A DNA stretch of 39,169 nucleotides, from positions 1 to 39,169 of the forward strand of contig JAUCBJ010007743.1 in NCBI GenBank assembly GCA_032718475.1, written 5' to 3'. Positions within the stretch are counted from its first letter, which is position 1. Each line of letters opens with the position of its first letter. Of this stretch, positions 1-11,288 are shown one piece after another. The translations under genes and the position numbers were made by a program. Below the pieces are notes generated by a model. That model was given only the letters and a program-made list of their open reading frames with translations. It searched no databases and was not told the origin of the DNA. Source of the DNA: Nemertoderma westbladi. Lineage: Eukaryota > Animalia > Xenacoelomorpha.

Positions 1-29
1 GGCAATCTAGGGGTATAGAGCCCGGTGTA

Positions 30-3000
30 GTGTACATAGGGCCATACTTAGTGGATGCCAGGGGAATTAAGTTAGTGGGTTGGGCGGGACCGCAGGAGGG
101 CGAATCCGAGGTTAACCCCGAGGATTCGGTCTCGTCGGTCGGCGAAAACCTCAGAAAGCGGGGGAAAGTTAGTAGGACGGGGAGGCGACGGGAGTCCGTC
201 GCGACCGACAAGTCTGCTACATCCTCCGCAAAAGTAAGAAGGGTGCTAGAAATAGATCTGGCGTGCCAGTTGGATATGGTGGCGCTAGACCAAAAGGAGT
301 TAGAGAGACAGTTGGAAGAGGGGAGTGCATTGTTGGAGAGAGAGAGAGAACTGGCGAGAGAGAATAAAGAAAGGGCCGAGAGGGTCGCGAGAAACTTTAG
401 AGAGTGTGAGGAGATAGAAATGAGGGAAAGAAAGGAGCGGGAAGAGCGAGAGGCGAAAGAGGCGAGTGAACGTAAAGAGCGTGAGGCGGAGCGAGACCGC
501 GCAGCCGCGAGGCGGCTTGAGAGGATTGCGAGGGAGGCAGAGCTGGCCGAGCAAAGCTTGCGAGAGGATGGGGAGAGAGAGAGAGCGGGAAAGCACGTGC
601 GAGATGACATGCACGCCCGGTTGAGGGGGCTTATGCAATACCAGGCCAAACAGAAGCGCCGATTGAAGCTGGCGCAGTTGGGGCTGTCAGAGAGTGAGGC
701 TGGCTCGGGCAGTGTAATGAGGAGCCAGAAGTTATGGAAACGTTTGTTAATACCCCACTTACAGGGACCGGACGACAGACCCAAGACTGGTGTAACCGTA
801 CGGGCGGGGGGGGGGGGGGGGGGTAATAATAATACGTTAGAGAACGTTCATAGCAGGAAATAATATTTTGCCCGATAATAGTAATTTAAATCCGAATGAT
901 TCTAATTTAAACGTACATAGTAATCCTAGTAATTTAAATAATAATTTAGATCCGAATATACAAAATAATTCAAATAATATAATCACGCAAAATAATTTAA
1001 ATAACAATCCTAATTCGAACGACCAAAATAATCCCGTTTCTAATACAGATGTGCAAAATAATTTAAATAATTTAGAGAATAGTGTTGATAATGGTGCTAT
1101 TAATATAAACATGGCGGACGCAGGTGGCCCGGCAAATGAGAGCCTGGTAGGCCACGTAGTCAGTAGGCAGGGAGCAACGGGGGTGAGAAACCCCAATGAG
1201 AGCCTGGTAGGCCACGTAATCAGTAGGCAGGAGGTGGCGGGGGTGAGAAACCCCAATGAGGGCCTGGTAGGCCACGTAGTTAGTAGGCAGGAAGTAGCGG
1301 GGTTGAGTCAACCCGACGGGAGCCTGCCAGGCCACACAGTGATAGAGGGAGAGGCGGGGGTGAGTAGACCCAGCCGCAGTGGAGTTGGTGCGTCGACTGG
1401 AGAGGGGTGTAGGGGCGAAGTGAGAGATAGTGAAGTGATAGGTGGCGAGCGGGGGGGGGGGGGGGGCTACAGGAGCCCTACAACGAGAGATTAGTAGCGA
1501 GAGGGCGGGGCAGAGAGTGCCCCACAGGCGTCGGCGGATAATGCACGGGGCGAATTAGGTGAACCGCAGCACCCGGCGATGGAGAATAGTAGGGGGATTA
1601 CGAGTATCCCCAGCGGCGTGCGACCGGGTAGAGAGAGAGAGGTTAACGTCGCGAGGGGGCGAGCGACGAGACGTCGAGCCCAGTCAGAAGAGGGAAGAAG
1701 AACAGTGGAGTTTAACCGGGAGGTCGACGAGAGATCTCACGAGCGGGGACACTGCACTGCAGAGAGAAGATGGGAAGAGAGTAGAAGAAGTGTCGTCGCG
1801 AACGACAGAAGAGCAAGGATGGATAGCGAGCCGTCGGCAGTAGAAATGGAGACGGAGAGTCAGTGGGGTTGAACTCCGGGAGATTGCCGTCGTCCCGGAG
1901 AAGCGCGACCTGGCGAGGTGTACTATACGCCGAGAGAGGGGTATAGGGTGTGTGAGGATGAGAACAGTAGAGGAGATCGAAGAGAAACTTCCCGACGGGA
2001 TATAACTGCCGATCGAGGATACGGTAGCCGTGGGGAGGACTTCTTGGATTATTCGAGAAGGTTAAACTTCGAACCCGAGCGACACATACAGACTGTAGGA
2101 CATACTGTAGGCCTTACTGCACATACTATAGGCCATGCTGGGAGAGATAATGTAGGCGATAGGGCAGCGCGGATGACGGGATTAAACCCGGAAGTCGCGG
2201 AGTACATACCGGCAGGTAGGCCAGAAGTGGATAGGCCTATACCGGTACCAGCACAACAGCATGACTACAGCATGCAAGGACATAACATATATCCAGGGGA
2301 GGGGAGAGTTATTGCAGATAGGTGCATGGGCCCCAATATATTAACATCAACCCCAGTACCAAACATACCGGTGGGGGTGGGGGTGACATTCCCCCATCAC
2401 AATATCAACAATATACTCAAACAGGAATAAGAACATCGAACCACCTGGATGAGAACAGATCATGCGACACCGAAATATGGAGGGGGCCGCTACCCCCAAT
2501 GATATATCCGACGCAGAGAAAGGCAGCAGATAGGATGGGCGGACCGCACCCAACAGGGGAATCTATACAGCATCCATCGAACCCATTGGAAGCACAAGCG
2601 ATGGGAATGGCTACATTGATCGATGCATTAAAAACCAGGATCGAGTTACCACCCGTAGAACCATTTAAATTCGATGGGAGTAGGCCGGAAGAATACCTGC
2701 AGTTTCGGCGCATGTATAGCAATGAAATACTAACGAAGAACTTGACGCAGGCGGAGTGCCTAAAATATCTACAAGTGTATACAGGAGGCCCAGCATACGA
2801 CATTGTGAGGCAGTACCAGGGCATCGAGGGCGGCTTCACGACAGCATGGCGGGCACTAGACAGGGAATACGGGCACCCGGCCAAGATCATCCGGCAGACC
2901 CTGAGAGGTACAACATCGGGTGGCCTACAGGATAACCCCGTTAGCATAAAGACATTTGCGAACAAAGTTGAGAAGGCGCTAATCGTGTTAAAGACGCTAG

Positions 3001-3660
3001 ACGCACCATACGAACTCAACGTGTCTAATAACATCACCACGATAGCGCAGGCACTGCCGATGTGGCTGCGCAACAAGTGGAGGAAGATTGCTTTCTCCAC
3101 CCGAGACAAGACGGGTGCGGAACCGGGCCTAGAAGAAATGTCGAGCTTCCTGAACTATGAAGCCGAACTGATAGCGGACCCAGTCTATAGCGAGGATAGC
3201 CTGGGAAAGGGACCAAAGACCGAATACCATAGGCCGAAACCAGAACACAACACGGCGAACGCATTGCCAAAGCTCAGACAATCGCTGCCATACGCGGCGA
3301 TGCAGGGGACTGCTAGTCCTTATGTAGCCAGGGGTAAGACTACATCATGGAGCGGACAGGGGATAAATAACAACACAAATAAACATAACCCCAACACGCC
3401 CAGTAGGCCGAACCCAAACAATAAGAACAGTAGGGACTTCGGTACGAACGCAAGTGCGATACGCAGCGCCTATACAAGGACGGATATAACCCAAACAACA
3501 AATGCCAACTACACACGAACGCACTTCATCAGACCATGAACTGCAGGTATTGGCAAGCACTACCCAGGGAAGATCAGGTAGAATACGCGAGGAGGAATGA
3601 AATTTGTTCTCGATGTGTGATGAGTGGACATAGCTAACCAATGCAAGGAAACACCAATCA
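30..3660 (+). pseudogene. gag: BEL/Pao Gag, long and broken by stops/frameshifts (ORF pieces 30-863, 868-1494, 1579-1872, 1918-2430, 2322-3539)
   Basis: N-terminal PEDSVSSV motif and E/R coiled coil; capsid-like block LPPVEPFKFDGSRPEEYLQFRRMY...LKYLQVYTGGPA...AWRALDREYGHP (DUF1759-like); zinc knuckles in shifted frames ~3500-3645 (CQLHTNALHQTMNC; CSRCVMSGH/..NQC). Confidence 0.85.
1135..1335 (+). repeat. 60-bp in-frame tandem repeat (3 copies plus a degenerate 4th) in gag
   Basis: AATGAG(A/G)GCCTGGTAGGCCACGTA recurs at 1135, 1195, 1255; encodes NESLVGHVVSRQ..AGVRNP. Confidence 0.9.
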
Positions 3661-3719
3661 AATTCGGTCAAGGCAAAGGACAGACGATGGCGACAAGCAC
3701 CGTAGGGGCGAAGAAGAGA

Positions 3720-6330
3720 GGAACGGTACTACTCGGGGTAGTACCAGTGAGGGTAATTGGATAAGGCGATCGATCAGTAACCACGCTGATGCTGGTCGAC
3801 AGTGGAGCAGCCTTCACGTTGGTCGAAAATTGGGTGGCCGAAGAGATAGGATTGAAGATGAGGCCAAGTAGAATGGCGGTAACAACCATTTCCAGCAAGG
3901 ATGAGGTCCTGGAAATGAGAACTGGATGGTGCGAGATAGCAGCGATAGCACCGGGATGCGATTATGGGGCGACCATCGACCCCATCCAGGTGATAGAGTC
4001 TATAAATATCAACGCCAGGCGACCAACCAACATCGAGGTCGAACAATATAAATTCCTGGACAATATCGACTTCTCAATACCAGAGGTGGACGTTAGGAAG
4101 GTATCCATTATAGTACGAATGGACTGCCCGACGGCCCACGAGAGAATGCAGACGGTCTTCGGTGAAGACAGGCAGTGTGACCTGGTGGCGATTTTAACAC
4201 CATTCAGGTGGACGCTGAGCAGCCCAATTAAAACCAAGATACCGTTTAGGATGTCGGAGACATCAGGGTGCATGTTCGCGGGAACTATGCGAGAGATGGG
4301 AGATGAGGGAGCGGAGGAGCAGCTCAGGAGACTGCTCAGGCAGGATTTTGGGGGATTGAAAGAGACCGTGGTTGGAACCTCGGTAGAAGATAAACAGGCT
4401 TTACAACGCGTAAAGGAATCGATGACATGCGACGAGGGGCGGTATACCATAGGGATGGTATGGAAACAGCCAAAACTACCGCTACCCGGCAACAAAGGAA
4501 TGGTACTCACGAGGCTTCGTAAGTTGAAGCAAACGCTAAAACGGAGCCACGAAAAGAATGAGTACATTCATAAGACGATTAGGAAGTATGTCGAGAAAGG
4601 ATGGGCCGTGGAGTTACCGGTCGATGAACCGAACACGGACAGGACCTACTACCTACCACTTCACGTGGCTCTAGATCCAAAGAAAGGTAAACTACGGATG
4701 GTAGTTGACGCATCAGCTAAGACCGAAGGCAAATGCCTAAACGATTATCTGTTAGAGGGTCCCAATATCTACAACTCAGGGATCGAGGTCCTACTCAGAT
4801 TCAGAAACGGAAGGCACGCCTTCACCTGCAACATTGAAGGCATGTTCAACCAGGTCCGTGTTACGGAGGAGGATAGCGACAGCCAGCGCTTCCTATGGTA
4901 CAACGGCGATGAGGAATCGTCGACAATACAGATGTACAAGATGGTGGTGCAGAATATGGGGGCCAAGTCATCCTCATTTACGATGACTGTGGCTGTGAGG
5001 GACACAGTAGAGGGGAAAGAGGAGAGATACAGCGCCAAATCCGTCGATATGATTCGACACGGATTCTATGTAGATGACGGGATGGAGTCTGGAAACACGG
5101 TTAAAGAACTACTGGATACAGGCCGTGAAGTTCGCGACATCCTTAAAGGATCCGGGTTTAACCTGACCAAGTTCCAATCCAGCTCGGAAGAGTTCATGAG
5201 AGCCATAGGGGACAGGAGGCCAGAATCAACCATGGACAATCCCACAACAGCCAAGGGACAAGACATGGCGAACAAGAGGGTAGAGTCCCAACAGAAGGCA
5301 CTAGGGATCGTGTGGAACTGAGAGACAGACGAGTTTAAGTACCAACTGAGCCAGGAGGGTGCGGACATCCACACAAACAGGGGCTATGTATCGTACATAG
5401 CGAGGATATACGATCCCCTAGGCCTAGCATCCCCATTATTAGTCACGGGGAAACAGATACTTAAGAAAGTATATAAGCTAAAGGACGAATGGGATACAGA
5501 GGTCCCAGAAGAGATCAGCAAGCAGTGATGCAAGTGGACAGAGAGTTTAGAACAGATGGGGACATACAGCTTGCCACGCGTGTATTTCCCGGATGGGGAC
5601 ATGACGAATCTGGATCTACACATGTTCTCCGATGCGTCGTTGGAGGCATACGGAGCAGCACTTTACCTAGTACAACAGGAGGGGGCTCATAAGCCCAGAC
5701 TTGCATTCAGCAAAGCGAAGTTGACACCGCCAGATTCAGCATCGGTCCCGAAACTCGAGTTGACAGCTGCGAGGTTAGGAGTAAGGGCCACAGCCTACTT
5801 GATGGACGCTATTCCCAACATAGTGGAAACACACTACTGGAGGGACTCCATGGTAGTGCTTGGTTGGCTACACAATGAGAAGACGAGATACCCTATATTC
5901 GTCGCAAATAGGGTGGACGAAATAAGAGCGACGACGGAGTTGGAAAGGTGGCACTACTGCCCAACGGACGAGAACCCAGCGGACTGGTTATCGAGGGGCG
6001 TGGCACGCCACACTTTCTTGAAGAAGGAAGTATTGTGGCAGCACGGACCGCAATTTCTGAACGATAAGACAGCCTGGCCACCGATGAAGAAGGTAGACCC
6101 GGGCTCAGATGAAGTAGTATTAGGGGAAGAGGGAGGAGATTCAGAAGGTGAAGAGATATATAGCCAGATGGTGAGGGAGATAAGGGACGTGCAACCAAAA
6201 CCGGAAGAACTATGCGATAACCAGGGATTTCCTCAAGGGAGTCGGTAAAGACACCAAAAATAAACCAAACATCGATCTGGAGGGAGCGGCCAAGGCCGTG
6301 ATTCGCTACGAATAGAGAAAGAACTACGGC
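3720..6330 (+). pseudogene. pol: BEL/Pao Pol: aspartic protease, reverse transcriptase, Pao-type RNase H (in-frame stops at 5319-5321 and ~5527, frameshift near 6200-6330)
   Basis: LVDSGAAFTLV (protease); YYLPLHVA..KKGKLRMVVDASAK, LNDYLLEGP, IEGMFNQVRV, FYVDDG, GFNLTKF (RT); YDPLG, LHMFSDASLEAYGA, SVPKLELTAA, DSMVVLGW, FVANRV, ENPADWLSRG (RNase H). Confidence 0.93.
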
Positions 6331-6336
6331 GACGAA

Positions 6337-7638
6337 GTGGAGCGCGTCGGTAAACAACAGCATCTCCGCCGGGACAGTGAGCTGATCATGCTGTCGCCAC
6401 AACTCAATGACGATGGGATCTTAGTAATGAATTCCAGAGTGCTAAATATCAACAGCATCATCATTCCACCAAAGCCCATCATCATCCCTAATGGATCGCC
6501 GATAGTCCACCAGATCATCTGGGACTCCCACAAGTCGATATGGCACGGGGGCACCAACCGAACCCTCACGGAGATACGAAGGACCGTTTGGGTCAAACAG
6601 TTAAGGAAGAAGGTAAAGGCGGTAGTGGGGAAGTGCCAGACCTGCCGACGGACGAAGAAGGAGCGGGCCATACAGGAGATGGCGCCACTACCGGCCAGTA
6701 GGGTGAGACAGCACAACCCGCCATTCACGCACTGCGGTGTGGATATGTTCGGGCCGATAAAAATCAGGGTGATGCGGCACACGGAGAAGCGCTATGGCAT
6801 TATCTTCGTATGTAACAACACACGGGCGGTAGGGATAGAACTCGCCCAAGACGCAACCGCATCGGCATTCATCAATGCCCTAGAGAGGTTCAGAGACTGC
6901 AAAGGTGGGACGATCGCAGTAATATACTCCGACAACGGAACCAACTTTGTGGGGGCAGAGAACGAGCTGGCAGATGCCTTGGACATCCTGGAAGGGGAGG
7001 AAGTCAGGGCAGCCATGAGAAGACGACAGGTGAAGTGGGAGAGGAGGACGCCATATTCACCGCATACTCTAGGATGCGTCGAGAGACTCGTGGGTAGTTC
7101 CAAGCGTCTAATGACGAAGTTGATGAACACCCACATGGTAACAGAAGATGTACTAAGGACGGTACTGGCAAAGTGCGAGGGTGTCATTAATAGCAGACCG
7201 CTATATCCAGAAAATGATGACCCAGAGTCATTAGATGTGCTGATACCCAGTCACTTTCTAATGGAGAGACCAGCGACCATCGACATGCGGGGTGTAGACC
7301 CAGACGATATACACTCCCGACAGAGTTGGAAAGTCGCTAAGGCGATAAGCGCGGAGTACTGGAGGAGGTGGGTCGAGGAATACCTACCCACACTTCATAG
7401 AAGTAGCAAGTGGAGAAATACCACTAGGGAGTTGAAGAAGGGTGATCTGGTGATCGTCACGGACGATACCATCATCAACAACCAATGGAGATTGGCAAGA
7501 GTAGTGGACACTTACTCCGATGAGGACGGAAGAGTCCGATCAGTAGAAGTGCGGATAGGTGGAAAGATAGGAGTGAGATATAGGAAAACCTACAGGAGGG
7601 CTGTAGGAAAGTGTTGCTTTCTAGAGGGCGCACCGTAA
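6337..7638 (+). CDS. pol: BEL/Pao integrase plus C-terminal DUF5641-like domain (open frame)
   Basis: H..WHGG...CQTC zinc motif; MAPLPASRV; GVDMFGP, YSDNGTNFVGA, VERLV (DDE); INSRPL; WRRWVEEYLPTL...KW...LKKGDLV...DGRVRSV. Confidence 0.95.
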   Translation: MERVGKQQHLRRDSELIMLSPQLNDDGILVMNSRVLNINSIIIPPKPIIIPNGSPIVHQIIWDSHKSIWHGGTNRTLTEIRRTVWVKQLRKKVKAVVGKCQTCRRTKKERAIQEMAPLPASRVRQHNPPFTHCGVDMFGPIKIRVMRHTEKRYGIIFVCNNTRAVGIELAQDATASAFINALERFRDCKGGTIAVIYSDNGTNFVGAENELADALDILEGEEVRAAMRRRQVKWERRTPYSPHTLGCVERLVGSSKRLMTKLMNTHMVTEDVLRTVLAKCEGVINSRPLYPENDDPESLDVLIPSHFLMERPATIDMRGVDPDDIHSRQSWKVAKAISAEYWRRWVEEYLPTLHRSSKWRNTTRELKKGDLVIVTDDTIINNQWRLARVVDTYSDEDGRVRSVEVRIGGKIGVRYRKTYRRAVGKCCFLEGAP

Positions 7639-7844
7639 TATTTAGTCGTCCAAGTGTTGGACTGAGGGGGGTGGGATTGAGGGCGAGATGCCCTTCCCCA
7701 CACAAATATAAAAATATAAAAAAAATAATTAAAATAATAGAGAAAGAGAGAAAGGGAAAGGAAAGTAGTACATAGTAAGTATGCAGTAAGTAAGTAGGCA
7801 GATAGAAGTTAGTAAGAGTTAGTAGTAAGAGGGTACATAGTACC

Positions 7845-9190
<1,346 letters not shown>

Positions 9191-9596
9191 AGTAAGAGGG
9201 TACGTAGTACCGTTAGTAGGAGAGTTAGTTAGTAGTAAGAGGGTACGTAGTACCGTTAGTTGGAGAGTTAGTTAGTAGTAAGAGGGTACGTAGTACCGCT
9301 AGTGGAGTGAGTTAGTTAGTTAGTTAGTAAGAGGGTACGTAGTACCGGTGGTAAAAGTTAGTGGAGTTAGAGGAGTTAGTAAGAGGGTACGTAGTACCGG
9401 TAGTAAGAGTAGTGGAGTAGTAAAAGGGTACATAGTACCGGTTAGTAAGAGTTAGAAGAGTTAATAGTAAGAGGGTACGTAGTACCGGTTAGTGAGAGTT
9501 AGTGGAGTTAGTTAGTAAGAGGGTACATAGTACCGGTTAGTAAGAGTTAGAAGAGTTAGTAGTAAGAGGGTACATAGTACCGGTTAGTAAGAGTTA

Positions 9597-10523
9597 CTAC
9601 TACTAGGATCGGCATGCTGCATTGCAGCTGCATTTTTAAGAATGCTGTGCCGGCTTGTCAACAAAATTGCACCGCCACAACTCTCTATCACCCATGACAT
9701 TTGCTAGATCATCCGCATCTTTAAGGCCAGTGTCCTTTAAGATGCGTCTCAAGAAAGTCATGGGCTGTCCACCATGCTTATTCACTCCATGAGGCTGCCA
9801 AAGTACAAGATTATGCACTGGCTGGTCCTCACGGTGAAAGCAATGTCCTGCAAAGCGGAGGCGATTTTGTTCTAGTGTCAAGCTTGGGGGAACCAATGAG
9901 ACACCTCCAATGTTATATAGTGTCTGGTTGGAGATGTGTGCATTGTACTTGACACAATGAACCCGGTGTAGCATTCTTGTGAATGTGCCATCCAGAGATT
10001 TGGTGTCCTCAGCAGTTAGAGCCCAGCATGGACTCCCGTAGAGGAGTACTGGAACTACTGCTGCTCTAAATAATCGGACCTTAAGTTTCCGATTAATTCT
10101 CGGTGACTTCCAAATCCTGGAAAGCCTATTCAAGGCTGCCCATGCCTTTCCCTTACGTATTCGAAGGTCCTCACCTGACTTCCGGATCCATGATCCCAGG
10201 TAACAGAAGTCGTCCACATGCTCAAGCATACCATCCTTTGAGCTTATGCTCATCCGATCAGAGACTTGCTGAGGACTTTTAAAGTTAACTGTCAGAATTT
10301 TGGTCTTTCTGGAGTTAATAAAAAGACCAACACTAGAAGCAGCATGTTCTAATGAGCTGAGGAGCCGTTGGGCTCCCTCTAATGATTCTGAGAGTACTCC
10401 TAAGTCATCAGCAAAGTCTAGATCAGTTAGGTACTTGGCAGGATTTCCTCGACTTCTGGAGCCAGTAGGTGGAGTTATCATCACCCCATCATCATTATGA
10501 TGATCTAAGGACATGCGTAGAAC
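9597..10523 (-). mobile_element. 5'-truncated non-LTR retrotransposon (RTE-like LINE) inserted into the hairpin array; RT C-terminal half in ORF 9636-10514
   Basis: LTDLDFADDL, GLFINSRKTK, FCYLGSWI, AWAALNRLSRIWKS, VLLYGS..WALT, RLRFAGHCFHR; short 3' UTR ending in a (TAG)n tail; flanked by AGAGTTA (9590-9596) and AGAATTA (10524-10530), an imperfect 7-bp TSD. Confidence 0.9.
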
Positions 10524-11288
10524 AGAATTAGAAGAGTTAGTAGTAAGAGGGTACGTAGTACCGGTTAGTAAGAGTTAGAAGAGTTAGTAGTAAGAGGGTA
10601 CGTAGTACCGGTTAGTAAGAGTTAGTGGAGTTAGTTGGTAAGAGGGTACATAGTACCGGTAGTAAGAGTTAGTAGGAGTGAGAGGAGGAGTTAGAGGTTA
10701 GTAAGAGGGTATGTAGTACCGTTTAGTAGGAGTTAGTTAGAAGTTAGTAAGAGGGTACGTATAGTACAGTACCGTTAGTAGTAAGAGTTAGTGGTTGGAG
10801 GGTATGTATGATATAAATATAGTAAGAGTTAGTAGAGATTAGCTAGGAAGTTAGTAGAGCTAGTAGTGAGTAGTGAGAGGGGGGCACGTGGGTACAGCTG
10901 GATAAATCGTGTAGGCCACGTGACACATGTACTGCCCATAGAGTAGGCCAGAAAGTGGATTAAAACAGAAATAATCCATTAGTAGGCACTGATAGCACAG
11001 TTGTAGGATTAAATTAAATATTAAAATAAATAAAATTAGAAAATCAGACAAATTATGGTAACAGTAGGAGAAATATTCCAGAACATAATTAAAGTAACGG
11101 ACAGAATTACGAAATTTAGTAAAATTAAGCACTTTTAGGAAATAAGGTAGGAAAATTAGGCGAAAACCTAACATTCAGTGAGAAGTAGGCCATTATCGGA
11201 CTGTATAAACCATCCTAACTTCATCACTCATCTGTATTGCGCCTTGGCAAGGCACCACCTTATAGGTGAGCGATTGGGAGAGTTCGAA

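Noticed and set aside
300-7705. Minus-strand ORFs across BEL gag-pol
   Set aside because: Antisense shadows of a purine-rich coding strand.
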